64,000 nt of DNA, taken from contig CBDBGZ010000009.1 in NCBI GenBank assembly GCA_965205425.1, forward strand, positions 384,001 through 448,000, given 5' to 3'. Below the pieces are notes generated by a model. The model was not told the origin of the DNA. It saw only the letters and a list, made by a program, of their open reading frames with translations, and did no database searches. Shown piece after piece: positions 21,204 through 31,853 of this stretch. The translations under genes were made by a program, and so were the position numbers. The stretch's first letter is position 1, and each line of letters begins with the position of its first letter. The stretch is from Nitrosopumilus sp. GTDB taxonomy: Archaea; Thermoproteota; Nitrososphaeria; Nitrososphaerales; Nitrosopumilaceae.

Positions 21204-21827
21204 ATGAGTCAACAAACTGAAGCAACTGACATCAAAAAGAAGGTTCTAGCTACTGGAATCAGGGTAGGAACACAAGTCAAGACAAAATTCATGAAACCAT
21301 TCATCACTAAAGCTAGTCCTGAAGGACTTTACATGCTTGATTTAGATATTACATTGGAGAAAATTCAAACAGCAGCCAAATTCATCAACAGATTAGGTAC
21401 TGAGAATTTGATTGTATGCTCAGGTAGACAATATGCAGAAACACCAATAGAAAAATTCTGTGAAGGTTTAGGCTCAAAGAAATTACTTGGTAGATTTATG
21501 CCAGGAACTTTAACAAATCCTTCATTACCATATTACATTGAACCAAAATTAGTTTTAATTTCAGACCCTCAAGTAGATGAACAAGCAATTATTGAAGCAA
21601 CAAATGCAGGTATTCCAATTATTGGAATTGCAAACACAGACAACATCACATCTAATTTGGATGTAATTATTCCAGCAAACAATAGAGGAAGAAAAGCCTT
21701 AGCAACAGTTTACTGGTTATTGGTACGTCAAATCTTAATTGAGAGAGGAGAATTAAAAGAAGATGAACCAATGAAAGAAGAAATCGATGATTTTGAAACA
21801 AAGATTACCGAAGAAGAAATTGAATAA
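21204..21827 (+). CDS. rps2: 30S ribosomal protein S2 (uS2)
   Basis: GRFMPGTLTN, IPANNRG. Confidence 0.96.
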   Translation: MSQQTEATDIKKKVLATGIRVGTQVKTKFMKPFITKASPEGLYMLDLDITLEKIQTAAKFINRLGTENLIVCSGRQYAETPIEKFCEGLGSKKLLGRFMPGTLTNPSLPYYIEPKLVLISDPQVDEQAIIEATNAGIPIIGIANTDNITSNLDVIIPANNRGRKALATVYWLLVRQILIERGELKEDEPMKEEIDDFETKITEEEIE

Positions 21828-21850
21828 ATTTTCAAAATTTTAGTATTCTA

Positions 21851-22792
21851 TTGAAATCCAAAGCTTCAGCACCAGGAAAAGTAATTCTTTTTGGAGAACA
21901 TTTTGTAGTATATGGTGTCAAAGCAATTCTGTGTGCAATTAACAAAAGGGTTACAGTAACTGCAGAAAAAATTGATGGGAATAAAATTTCTATTAAATCA
22001 AACATTGGAGATTTGGTATTAGAACCTAACAAAGCAATTTCAGAAATTAATTCCCCCCTAAAACCATTTTATTTTTTAGCAAATAAAATGATAAAAAATC
22101 AAAATACAGGAATTGGAATTGTTGTAGAATCAGACATTCCATTAGGGGTGGGTTTAGGATCATCATCAGCATGTTGTGTAGCAGGTGCTGCAGCAATCTC
22201 AGGATTATTTGAAAAAACATCTAAAGAAAAAATTCTTGAATTTGCAATTGAAGCTGAAAAAACAATATTTGAAAATACATCCGGAGCTGATTGCACGGTC
22301 TGCACATATGGAGGAATAATGGAATATGACAAAGAAAATGGATTTAATAAAATAGAATCTGAGCCTAATTTTCATCTAGTTATTGCCAATTCAAATGTTG
22401 AACATTCTACAGAATCTGTAGTTGCAGGAGTTAAACAGTTTAAAGAAAAGGATGTGAATAAGTTTTCCACCTTATGCAATAAAGAATCAAAATTAGTAGA
22501 AGATGTTTTGGAATTATTAAAAGAAAACAATGTGAAAGAATTAGGAAACAAAGTGACTGAAAATCAGGAATATTTAGAAGTAATAGGAATATCAAATGAA
22601 AAATTAAGAGATATGATCAAAATAGGTCAAAACAAATCATTTGGTGCAAAAATTACCGGTGCAGGTGGAGGCGGATGCATCTTTGCACTTACAGATGAAT
22701 CAAATCTTGATCAGACCATAAATCAATTCAAAAATGAAGATTATGATTGTTTTTCAGTTAAAATTGATTTTCAAGGACTGGATACTTTTTAA
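21851..22792 (+). CDS. mvk: Mevalonate kinase
   Basis: APGKVILFGEH, GLGSSSA, KITGAGGGG. Confidence 0.93.
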   Translation: MKSKASAPGKVILFGEHFVVYGVKAILCAINKRVTVTAEKIDGNKISIKSNIGDLVLEPNKAISEINSPLKPFYFLANKMIKNQNTGIGIVVESDIPLGVGLGSSSACCVAGAAAISGLFEKTSKEKILEFAIEAEKTIFENTSGADCTVCTYGGIMEYDKENGFNKIESEPNFHLVIANSNVEHSTESVVAGVKQFKEKDVNKFSTLCNKESKLVEDVLELLKENNVKELGNKVTENQEYLEVIGISNEKLRDMIKIGQNKSFGAKITGAGGGGCIFALTDESNLDQTINQFKNEDYDCFSVKIDFQGLDTF

Positions 22793-22815
22793 TTGATCAG
22801 ATAAATCTGAGAAAT

Positions 22816-23559
22816 ATGATTCTGATAAAACTAGGCGGTTCAATAATCACAAATAAGGAAAAACCATTATCAGCTAGGAAAAAAACAATAGAGAATATTT
22901 CTAAAAGTTTGAAAAAAATTAAAGAGCCAATCATAATTGTTCATGGGGGAGGTTCTTATGGACATTATTGGTCCGTAAAATATGACATGCATACTAAAGA
23001 AAAAAAATATAATCCCAGAGGAGTTGCAATTGTTAAAAATTCAATGATTGAATTGAATAAAAAAATATTAGATTCGTTATTAAAAAATAAATTAAATCCA
23101 TATTGTCTTCCACCAACTGATTTTATGTCAGGGAATAAACCAATTATAAAAAAAGTGAAAGAAATTGAGAAAATTGCAAAATCAGGCTTAATTCCAGTCA
23201 CATATGGAGATGCATTATGGTATGGTCAAAATAAAACATACATTTTATCTGGAGATAAAATAATGACTCATCTAGCAAAAATTCTAAAACCTAGACTTGT
23301 TATTTTTGCATTAAATGAAGATGGTTTGTATTCCGATTTAAAAACAAAAAAATTGATTAGTGAACTACATGGAGAACGTCCATCAATTTCTGAAAACAAA
23401 ATGGATGTCACTGGTGGAATGACAAGAAAAGTTGAAGAGGCATCAAAAATTGCCAAGATGGGAATGAATGTGTTCTTTGCAAATGGCAATAAACCAGAAA
23501 GGATTGTGAAAGCGGTTAAAAATAGGACATTTGAAGGAACATTGTTTAGAGGTAAATGA
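22816..23559 (+). CDS. ipk: Isopentenyl phosphate kinase
   Basis: KLGGSIITNK, HGGGSYGH, DVTGGM. Confidence 0.9.
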   Translation: MILIKLGGSIITNKEKPLSARKKTIENISKSLKKIKEPIIIVHGGGSYGHYWSVKYDMHTKEKKYNPRGVAIVKNSMIELNKKILDSLLKNKLNPYCLPPTDFMSGNKPIIKKVKEIEKIAKSGLIPVTYGDALWYGQNKTYILSGDKIMTHLAKILKPRLVIFALNEDGLYSDLKTKKLISELHGERPSISENKMDVTGGMTRKVEEASKIAKMGMNVFFANGNKPERIVKAVKNRTFEGTLFRGK

Positions 23560-23560
23560 A

Positions 23561-24211
23561 ATGTCTGAAGAATTTGTTATACTAGTTGATGAAAATGACA
23601 ATCCAATTGGCACTGAAGAAAAAGTAAAATGCCATTTACCAAACGGAAAATTACACAGAGCATTTACAGCATTATTATTTGATAATGAAGGAAGATTAGT
23701 TCTTACAAGAAGATCTAAAGAAAAAATGTTATGGCCAAATGATTGGGATGGAACATTTGCTAGTCATCCAAGAGAATCAGAATCGTATGTTTCATCAGGA
23801 GAAAGGAGAATGCCAGAAGAATTGGGAATAGATGGCACACTAGATTATCTACATAAATTTGAATATCATGTTCCATACAAAGATGTGGGTTCTGAAAATG
23901 AAATTTGTGGAACATTGATTGGTGTTATTGATAAATCTACAGAACTAAAAGAAATTGAGGGTGAAATTGATGAGATCAAATACATTTCATCAAAAGAATT
24001 AGTTTTAGAATTAAAGACTAATCCAAAAATTTATTGTCCATGGATGCTTATTGCTCTTAAATTATTAGATAAATCTGAGAAATCTATGCTTGAAAAACAT
24101 GAAAATGTCTTATCTACATGGATGAATAGTGAAATTCAGGATGAATTACAAAAAGCAATTAAAATTCATCTATCAAATGATAAATGGAGACTAGTAAATG
24201 AAAAAAACTAA
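23561..24211 (+). CDS. idi: Type 1 isopentenyl-diphosphate delta-isomerase (Nudix fold)
   Basis: LHRAF, ASHP, EELG, ENEIC; in MVA operon. Confidence 0.88.
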   Translation: MSEEFVILVDENDNPIGTEEKVKCHLPNGKLHRAFTALLFDNEGRLVLTRRSKEKMLWPNDWDGTFASHPRESESYVSSGERRMPEELGIDGTLDYLHKFEYHVPYKDVGSENEICGTLIGVIDKSTELKEIEGEIDEIKYISSKELVLELKTNPKIYCPWMLIALKLLDKSEKSMLEKHENVLSTWMNSEIQDELQKAIKIHLSNDKWRLVNEKN

Positions 24212-25178
24212 ACAAATTGAACAGAATGCAAAAATAGTAAACAAATATCTTAATTCAAAATTAAAAGGAAATCCAAAAAAACTCTATGATGCAGCAGGGC
24301 ATCTTATTGTAAATGGTGGAAAAAGACTTAGACCGTACATGGTAATTAGAAGTTGTCAAATTTTAAAAGGAAAAGTTTCCAATGCAATGCCGGCTGCAAG
24401 TGCAGTAGAGATGGTACATAATTTCTCATTAGTTCATGATGATATTATGGATAATGATGAAATGCGTCACGGCGTTCCCACAGTTCATAAAAAATTTGGT
24501 ATGCCAATTGCAATTCTTGCAGGGGATGTATTATTTTCAAAAGCATTTCAAGTGATTACAGATTCAAAATTATCAGCTAGTGCAACTACACAACTTGTTT
24601 CCAGACTTTCAAAAGCTTGTATTGATATCTGTGAAGGACAGTTATTGGATGTCAAAATGGCTGAAGAGAGAAAAATTCCTTCACAAGCAGAGTACATTAC
24701 AATGATTGGTAAAAAAACTGCGGCATTATTTGATGTATCTTGTGCAATGGGAGCAATTTGTGCAACAAATAAACCAAAAGATATTTCAAATCTCTCATCA
24801 TTTGGAAGGAATTTAGGAATTGCATTTCAAATTACAGATGATCTTATTGGGGTTATGGGGGATCCTAAAATTACAAAGAAACCAGTGGGGAATGATCTAA
24901 GAGAAGGTAAAAAATCACTCCCTATTCTAATGGCAATAAAATTAGCAAAAGGAAATGATAAAAAAATAATTTTAAAAGCATTTGGAAATTCCAAAGTATC
25001 AAGGAATGATCTCAATAAAGCTGTGAGTACAATTCGTACTCTAGGAATTGAAGAAAATGTCAGAAAACAGGCTCTAAAATATGCTGAAAAAGCTGAAAAA
25101 TCACTATCAAAATACTCAGGTCCAGCAAAAACAGAATTAATTTCATTGTTGGATTTTGTGGTTAAACGAAGTGTATAG
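24198..25178 (+). CDS. Geranylgeranyl diphosphate synthase
   Basis: GGKRLRP, HDDIMD...R, FQITDD. Confidence 0.92.
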   Translation: MKKTKQIEQNAKIVNKYLNSKLKGNPKKLYDAAGHLIVNGGKRLRPYMVIRSCQILKGKVSNAMPAASAVEMVHNFSLVHDDIMDNDEMRHGVPTVHKKFGMPIAILAGDVLFSKAFQVITDSKLSASATTQLVSRLSKACIDICEGQLLDVKMAEERKIPSQAEYITMIGKKTAALFDVSCAMGAICATNKPKDISNLSSFGRNLGIAFQITDDLIGVMGDPKITKKPVGNDLREGKKSLPILMAIKLAKGNDKKIILKAFGNSKVSRNDLNKAVSTIRTLGIEENVRKQALKYAEKAEKSLSKYSGPAKTELISLLDFVVKRSV

Positions 25179-25198
25179 TTGCAAGAGGACGAATTAGT

Positions 25199-26908
25199 AT
25201 GGATGACGAATTAAGAAAAGAATTAAGAAAAATGACTCTTCAAAATGCTTTTGAGCATGGTGGAGAAACTAGAGATAAAATAATTTTAGGAAAAGTTCTT
25301 GGAACAAAACCCGAATTTCGTAGTAAAGTAAAAGAAATATCTGAAGATATTTCTGAAATTGTTGCAACAGTTAATCAGTTATCAATAGAAGAACAAGAAA
25401 AAGAAATTAAAGAAAATTTTCCAGAAATTTTAGCTCCTAAAGAAAAAATTGTAGAAAGAGAAGGTCTTCCAGAATTAAGAGATGCAGAACAAGGTAAAGT
25501 CATAACTAGATTTCCTCCAGAACCAAATGGATATCCACACATTGGTCACGCAAAAGCTGCAATCATTAATTCTGAATATGCAAAAATGTATGGGGGGAAA
25601 TTTATTTTACGAATGGATGATACAAATCCAGAAGCAGAAAGAATGGAATATCATGCAGCCATTAAAGTCGGATTAGAATGGTTAGGAATTGAATTTGATA
25701 CTGTAAAGAGTACATCAGATGATATGGAATTGTTTTATGAGAAAGGAAACGAATTGATTGATTCAGGTAAGGCTTACGTTTGTACTTGCAAGAGAGAAGA
25801 CATTAGTAAAAACCGAAGAGAAAGAAAAGATTGTAAGTGTAGTAAAAGGGACATTGAGAAAAATAATAAGAATTGGGAAAAGATGAATGAGAAATTTAAA
25901 CCGGGAGATGCCATTGTTAGATTTCGTGGAGATATGAAAGCAGATAATGCAGTAATGCGAGACCCAGTATTATTCAGAATTATTGAAGGAAAACACTACA
26001 CATTAGGCGAAAAATATAGAATTTGGCCTAGTTATGACATGGCCGTAGCTATAGAAGATAGTATTGATGGAGTCACTCATGCATTTCGTTCTAAAGAATT
26101 TGAACTTAGAAAAGAGCTAATTGATGCAATTTTAAACGCATTAAACATGAGAAAACCTAGCCAAGGGTTTTTCTCCAGATTAGAATTCAAAGGCATGCCT
26201 ATTTCAAAGAGAATTATCAAACCGTTAATCGAAGAAGGCAAGGTTTCATGGTATGATGATCCAAGACTCCCAACTTTAGAGGCATTAAGACGAAGAGGGA
26301 TCAAACCTGAAGCCATTAGAAAATTTATCATGTCTCTAGGGTTAACAAAAGCAAATACTTTAGCACCATTTGATGCACTTGAAGCATTTAACAGGAAATT
26401 TGTAGATGCAGATAGTATTAGGTTATTCATGGTAAGTAATGCAAAAAAACTGACTGTACGAAACTTGTCAATATCATCAGTTGAAATTCCAAATCATCCA
26501 ATAAATGATATGGGAAAAAGAAAGATTGAGATTAATGAGAATTTCTACATTTCAGGAGACGATGCACAAAATATCAAAGAAGGTACACAGATTCGTCTTT
26601 TAGGATTAGGGAATGTATCTATTACTAAATCAGGAATAGAATTAGAAGGAGAATTTATTGAAAATGGTGAAACAGCAAACATAACAAAAATTCAGTGGGT
26701 TCCTCAAAAGACAGCACATGAAATCAAGATGGTCATTCCAAAAACATTGTTCAATGGAGATGAATTTAATGAGGATAGTTTAGAAGAATTAGATGTGTAT
26801 ACAGAACCACATTACCTACAGTTAAAAGAAGGAGAAGAAATTCAATTTGTTAGATTTGGATATTGTAGAAAAGATTCACAAAATCAAGCAATTTTTACAC
26901 ACAAGTGA
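25199..26908 (+). CDS. gltX: Glutamate--tRNA ligase
   Basis: RFPPEPNGYPHIGH, ISKR, QFVRFGY. Confidence 0.96.
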   Translation: MDDELRKELRKMTLQNAFEHGGETRDKIILGKVLGTKPEFRSKVKEISEDISEIVATVNQLSIEEQEKEIKENFPEILAPKEKIVEREGLPELRDAEQGKVITRFPPEPNGYPHIGHAKAAIINSEYAKMYGGKFILRMDDTNPEAERMEYHAAIKVGLEWLGIEFDTVKSTSDDMELFYEKGNELIDSGKAYVCTCKREDISKNRRERKDCKCSKRDIEKNNKNWEKMNEKFKPGDAIVRFRGDMKADNAVMRDPVLFRIIEGKHYTLGEKYRIWPSYDMAVAIEDSIDGVTHAFRSKEFELRKELIDAILNALNMRKPSQGFFSRLEFKGMPISKRIIKPLIEEGKVSWYDDPRLPTLEALRRRGIKPEAIRKFIMSLGLTKANTLAPFDALEAFNRKFVDADSIRLFMVSNAKKLTVRNLSISSVEIPNHPINDMGKRKIEINENFYISGDDAQNIKEGTQIRLLGLGNVSITKSGIELEGEFIENGETANITKIQWVPQKTAHEIKMVIPKTLFNGDEFNEDSLEELDVYTEPHYLQLKEGEEIQFVRFGYCRKDSQNQAIFTHK

Positions 26909-26914
26909 TCAATT

Positions 26915-27784
26915 ATGAAAATTGCACGATTGTCATATGATAATAATGAAACATATGGTTTTGTTAAAGGAGATAAAGTATCTACGAAAGATGAAATTAC
27001 TTACTTGACTGGAGTTCCAATTCCTCAAAATGTAAAAGATTTTCTTTTTGATGGATGGTACGATGAAATAAAAAATAAAATTAATGATTTGCCTTATGAA
27101 GAAAATATTTCAAAATTCAAATTATTGCCACCAATTCCAAATCCAAACAAAATCATTTGTTTAGCATTTAACTATGTAGACCATGCTAAAGAGCAAGGAT
27201 TACATGCACCAGAAGATCCGGCCATAGTAATAAAACCACGAACTGCATTAAACAGTACAAATTCAGATATCGTATGTCCAGATTTTGTTACTCAATTAGA
27301 TTATGAAATAGAATTAGCCTTGATTATTGGAAAAAATTGTAAAAATATCAGCGTTAATGACGTTTATGATGCAATATTTGGCTACATGATTTTCAATGAT
27401 GTCTCTGCAAGAGATATTCAATTCAAGGATAAACAATTTACAAGAGGGAAAAGTTTCGATTCTTTTGCACCATGTGGACCATGGATAACAACAAAGGATG
27501 AAATCAATGATCCTCAAAATCTAAAAATGACAACCAAAATCAATGGTGAGTTAAGACAAAATTCTTCATCAAACAATATGTTTATTAAAATTCCAGAAAT
27601 TGTTTCAAAAATTTCTCAAGTAATGACATTAGAAAAAGGAGATATTATTTCTACAGGAACACCTGCAGGTGTAATGTTGAATAAACCGAATGCAGTATTT
27701 CTAAAAAATGGAGACAAAGTAGAAATGGAAATTGAAAATTTGGGAATTTTAAACAATACGATAAAAATTGTCAAAACAAATTAG
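26915..27784 (+). CDS. Fumarylacetoacetate hydrolase family protein
   Basis: DYEIEL, NDVSARD, GKSFD, STGTPAGV. Confidence 0.92.
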   Translation: MKIARLSYDNNETYGFVKGDKVSTKDEITYLTGVPIPQNVKDFLFDGWYDEIKNKINDLPYEENISKFKLLPPIPNPNKIICLAFNYVDHAKEQGLHAPEDPAIVIKPRTALNSTNSDIVCPDFVTQLDYEIELALIIGKNCKNISVNDVYDAIFGYMIFNDVSARDIQFKDKQFTRGKSFDSFAPCGPWITTKDEINDPQNLKMTTKINGELRQNSSSNNMFIKIPEIVSKISQVMTLEKGDIISTGTPAGVMLNKPNAVFLKNGDKVEMEIENLGILNNTIKIVKTN

Positions 27785-28566
27785 ATTAAAGATTTCATCA
27801 TTAAATGAAACGAAATTTTCCATTCCAATGAATCAAAATTAGGTAATTTTTCTCTAGTTAAAATTTGAATTCTTTCATAATTTTTTTCTATACCTAAATT
27901 TTGTAAAAATGATAGAATTTCTAAGACGGAATCATCTGAATTTGAAAATAGTGTTACAATTAGAGTTCTCTTAAAATGTTCTGAGTCTGTAAGAATTGCA
28001 GTAGAAGTTTTATCACCAATACAAGATGAGACAATGCTATTTGTCATATTAAATAATGCTAGAGTTTCATCATCAATAGGAAGCCATCTCCAAGATTTGA
28101 CATAATGAGAACATAATTGACTGTCAAGGGATTTTTCAAAAACAACATTATGTTTTAGATTAATTTTTGGAACAATAGAATAGAAATTCCAAGTTTGAAA
28201 AATTGTGTAATTTAGAGAATTAGCCATTGAAAGGGATACCGAATTTTCAGTATCAATTAACATATAAGAGGAAGATAGATTTTTTTCTTTTCCAATTATT
28301 TCAGCATGTTTGATCAGTTCTGTAGCAATATTTTGACGGCGATGATTGGGATCAATTCTGATTCCCTCAATCCATATTTGATCTTTTGAGTATAATGCAT
28401 GGCAAATTCCAATTGGATATTGTTTTTGACCTAAAAACAAATGACCTTCAGAGATCCAATAATCCCATACATGATCTACATAATCACCCCAAGAAAAAGT
28501 ATTTTTACAAAATTTTAAAATTGTAGATTTATCAGAGTCATTTGCATCTCTAATTTTCAATTCCAT
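27781..28566 (-). CDS. GNAT family acetyltransferase
   Basis: WIEGIRIDPNHRRQNIA; start at ATG 28566. Confidence 0.8.
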   Translation of the reverse strand: MELKIRDANDSDKSTILKFCKNTFSWGDYVDHVWDYWISEGHLFLGQKQYPIGICHALYSKDQIWIEGIRIDPNHRRQNIATELIKHAEIIGKEKNLSSSYMLIDTENSVSLSMANSLNYTIFQTWNFYSIVPKINLKHNVVFEKSLDSQLCSHYVKSWRWLPIDDETLALFNMTNSIVSSCIGDKTSTAILTDSEHFKRTLIVTLFSNSDDSVLEILSFLQNLGIEKNYERIQILTREKLPNFDSLEWKISFHLMMKSLI

Positions 28567-28610
28567 GATATACAAAAAATTATTAAGAATAATTAGATAA
28601 AAAAACTTCA

Positions 28611-28919
28611 ATGGGAAAAATTATAGCTGGTAAAACATCAGATATCCCACCTGGAAAAATGATTAAAGTGTCAATTGATGGCAGAGACGTTTTAGTTGCA
28701 AATATAGACGGAGAATATTGTGCCACCGATGATTCATGTACACATTCTGGGTCTAGCCTATCTGAAGGAAAGTTAGATGGGTGTACAATTACTTGTGGAT
28801 GGCATGCTGCAGAATTTGATTGTAAAACTGGAAAACTATTAAAATTCCCCGCAAAAATTAGAGATTTAACATCATACAGTGTTGTTGTAGAATCAGATAA
28901 TGTTTTTGTAGAGATGTAA
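28611..28919 (+). CDS. Rieske-type ferredoxin
   Basis: CTH...CGWH. Confidence 0.92.
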   Translation: MGKIIAGKTSDIPPGKMIKVSIDGRDVLVANIDGEYCATDDSCTHSGSSLSEGKLDGCTITCGWHAAEFDCKTGKLLKFPAKIRDLTSYSVVVESDNVFVEM

Positions 28920-28955
28920 CTATATACTTCTAATTTTTAAGAAAAGGTGTAAAAT

Positions 28956-29225
28956 ATGGCTGATGATACTCAAAATAAAGAATCGATGAAAGAAGCAATT
29001 CAAACATTAGAACAAATTACTGCTAGTAGTTCCACTCCAAAAACAATTAAAAAATCAATTACAGACTTAATTTCGGATCTTAACAATCCAGAATATTCAT
29101 TATCAGTTAGAGCAGCTAATACAATCAGCTTACTAGATGATGTTACACAAGATCCTAACATGCCTTCATACGTTAGAACACAATTATGGCAAGCCGTTTC
29201 AAAATTAGAAAGCATAAGAGAATAA
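28956..29225 (+). CDS. UPF0147 family protein
   Basis: VRAANTISLLDDVTQDPNMP...RTQLW. Confidence 0.88.
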   Translation: MADDTQNKESMKEAIQTLEQITASSSTPKTIKKSITDLISDLNNPEYSLSVRAANTISLLDDVTQDPNMPSYVRTQLWQAVSKLESIRE

Positions 29226-29250
29226 ATTCTCGTTTATTGAAAAAATTATA

Positions 29251-30012
29251 ATGAAAATTGAAGAATATTTAGAAACTCTACCAAATAATTTACTTAGTGG
29301 TGAAGATGTTCAGTTACCTGAAAAATCACTTAGGGGGATTTTTAAATTTGTGGAGTTAGGTAAAAAAGATATTTTTTATCATTTAGGATGTGGAGATGAA
29401 AAAGGACTAGAAATAGCTGTAAAGGAATTTGGAGTAAAAAAAGCAATAGGAATTGACAATAATTCGGAAAAAATAAAGAATGCAAATAAAATTCTTGAAG
29501 AAAAAAATATCAAGGTAGAATTAATTTGCCAAGATATTCAAGAAGCAGATTTTTCAGATGCTTCAGTAATATTATTCTGGTTTACTGATGAAACAATAAT
29601 TAACAATATGATTACAAAATTTGAAAATCTAAAACCTGAAACAAAAATAGTTACCATATGGGGACCTCTCCCAGATTGTCTTCCAGATAAAGTAGATTTT
29701 CCATACATAACTAACAAAATTCCTTTCAAAAAAGCACAAAACATGCAAGAACAGTTGTTGGCAATTTTCGGTGTAAAATGTGTAGATTTTGTAACAGCGT
29801 GGGAATTTGCTGAGAGATATACAAAAGCCATTGGAACACCAGAAATCAAAAATGATCGATTTTTGACAATTATTCAAACTTTGACTATTTGGATTAATGC
29901 AAAAAAATTAGGGGTTGTGTGTGAAGATAAAATTCCAGAATCAATTAAAACATACATTAACATCATGAAAATGCATTTTGATATAGATTTTGAATATCTA
30001 TTAAAAGAATAA
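29251..30012 (+). CDS. SAM-dependent methyltransferase-like protein
   Basis: FYHLGCGD, AIGID. Confidence 0.8.
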   Translation: MKIEEYLETLPNNLLSGEDVQLPEKSLRGIFKFVELGKKDIFYHLGCGDEKGLEIAVKEFGVKKAIGIDNNSEKIKNANKILEEKNIKVELICQDIQEADFSDASVILFWFTDETIINNMITKFENLKPETKIVTIWGPLPDCLPDKVDFPYITNKIPFKKAQNMQEQLLAIFGVKCVDFVTAWEFAERYTKAIGTPEIKNDRFLTIIQTLTIWINAKKLGVVCEDKIPESIKTYINIMKMHFDIDFEYLLKE

Positions 30013-30052
30013 TCTGTGTAATCCTTTTATTTTGTTTTTACGTGAATTAATT

Positions 30053-30400
30053 ATGGAAAGTAGAATTAACATCAATGTCTCTTCGGTAGATTATGATAAA
30101 ACTAGTAAAGCATTAACTCACCAATTGACGCTTTTAGAAGAAATGGTTCACAGTGGAGAGGATTTTGTTATGACTGATTCAGAATTTGCTTTTGGATGGC
30201 ATTTTTTTGTCTTAAGCGTGAATAGATCATTGGTTGAAAAATTACAAGAAATGATGGGAGCAGATTTTGATAAAATAAAGGGAAAAGGAGTTGAAAAGAA
30301 ATTTTTGACATGGTTATCTAAAAACATAGAGAGTAAATCCCCTAGATTCAAACTCGCAATCAAAGAAGAGATGGAGTCTAGTAAATTTGGAATTTTTTAA
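30053..30400 (+). CDS. Hypothetical protein
   Basis: ORF with host-like codon usage; ATG 30053. Confidence 0.7.
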   Translation: MESRININVSSVDYDKTSKALTHQLTLLEEMVHSGEDFVMTDSEFAFGWHFFVLSVNRSLVEKLQEMMGADFDKIKGKGVEKKFLTWLSKNIESKSPRFKLAIKEEMESSKFGIF

Positions 30401-30410
30401 AATTATAGAG

Positions 30411-30483
30411 GGCCCTCGAGGGGAATCGAACTCCTGTCCGAGGATCCACAATCCTCTATACTAACCACTGTACTACGAGGGCC
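30411..30483 (-). tRNA. tRNA-His(GTG) with encoded G-1
   Basis: (G)GCCCTCG acceptor, GAGGA-TTGTGGA-TCCTC anticodon arm, GTTCGATTC, discriminator C. Confidence 0.93.
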
Positions 30484-30577
30484 ACAAAAAAAGAAATTTG
30501 TTCATCCTGTAATAATCTTTAAGATTTTGTTGGAAATTGGGCTGTAGATTTATTATTGACTAAATAAAATAACTAGT

Positions 30578-30658
30578 ATGCGTCTTTGGTGGGCTGCAAT
30601 GGGAGCAACAATAGCAGTGGTATGGGTTGGAGTTAACTATCTTCTACCATGGGTATGA
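30578..30658 (+). CDS. Putative 26-aa Trp-rich membrane microprotein
   Basis: Manual translation MRLWWAAMGATIAVVWVGVNYLLPWV; TATA-like tttattat ~25 bp upstream. Confidence 0.5.
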   Translation: MRLWWAAMGATIAVVWVGVNYLLPWV

Positions 30659-30762
30659 TGAATAATTTATTCAAAATAAACTAGCCTCAATATAACAATA
30701 AAATTAATTTAGATTTATCATAGCGATCGCTTTAAATTTGTTAGATTAGTGTATGTTTCGAC

Positions 30763-31785
30763 ATGAGAAAGGGATTCATCACAAATAGATTACGTTCGAA
30801 TAGAAAGTCAGTAGAAATCCCTATTGAAAATAAGATAGAAACTATACAAGGAGAGAAATTTGTATGGATTGATTTGCAAAATCCAGACAGAAATGATGTT
30901 GAGAAATTAGCTGAAAAATACAATTTCAACGCATTAAACATTGAAGATTGTATGACTAAATTTGAGCTTCCTAAATTAGATAGTTATAATGATCATTTCT
31001 TTGTAATTCTCCATTTTCCACCACTGGCACAAAAAATAGGAATTTCAAAAAATAGTCAATTATCAATATTTGTAGGAAAAGATTTCCTAGTTACCGTGCA
31101 TCAAGGAGATCTAAAACCCCTTGTAGAATTAGTAGAAATATGTAAAACTAATTCTGATCAACAAAGAAAAGATAGATTATTAGGAAAATCTTCAGGATTG
31201 TTACTTCACGAAATCTTAGACGTGTTAGTAGATGATCTTTTACATACATCAAGAAAAATCATTGCAAACCTTGATGAGATTGAAGATAGAGTTTTTGATG
31301 AAACAAAGCCAGTAGCAAGAAGCATTGCATTACTTAGAAGGGAAATTAACAGATTAAGAAGAATTGCAAATCCATTAAAGAAATTTGTCTTGGAAATAGC
31401 AAAAAATGTGAAGCAATTTTCAGGTAGTGAAGATAATGAACTTACATTATACTATGATGATGTAATTGACCATATTGACAAAGTAATTGAAACATTAGAA
31501 GAATCAAGAGAGACTATGGAAATTTACAAAGATACAGATTTTGTGTTAAGTACTGAAAAAACAAACAAAGTTCTTGCAGTGTTGACAATTATATTCACAT
31601 TAGCAATTCCATCAACAGTAATTGGCACATTTTATGGAATGAATGTTGATTTACCAGGAGGAATTGGAAGTAATTCAATGATTTTAGGACCATTTACTAC
31701 ATTCATTATTGTGATAATTGCATCAGCAATTCCAGCAATCATGATGTTTACATATTTCAAGAAATTGGGCTGGATCAATAGTTAA
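30763..31785 (+). CDS. corA: CorA Mg2+ transporter
   Basis: FYGMN motif, two C-terminal TMs. Confidence 0.93.
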   Translation: MRKGFITNRLRSNRKSVEIPIENKIETIQGEKFVWIDLQNPDRNDVEKLAEKYNFNALNIEDCMTKFELPKLDSYNDHFFVILHFPPLAQKIGISKNSQLSIFVGKDFLVTVHQGDLKPLVELVEICKTNSDQQRKDRLLGKSSGLLLHEILDVLVDDLLHTSRKIIANLDEIEDRVFDETKPVARSIALLRREINRLRRIANPLKKFVLEIAKNVKQFSGSEDNELTLYYDDVIDHIDKVIETLEESRETMEIYKDTDFVLSTEKTNKVLAVLTIIFTLAIPSTVIGTFYGMNVDLPGGIGSNSMILGPFTTFIIVIIASAIPAIMMFTYFKKLGWINS

Positions 31786-31853
31786 AATAAAAGATTCAGA
31801 TCTACGCACGAAAAATGAGCTTAGATAAATACAAGACAATTTAATTATAATTT

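Noticed and set aside
30420..30436. A-C mismatch in the tRNA-His T stem as evidence of editing
   Set aside because: A single mismatch; could be a tolerated variant or a base-call error.
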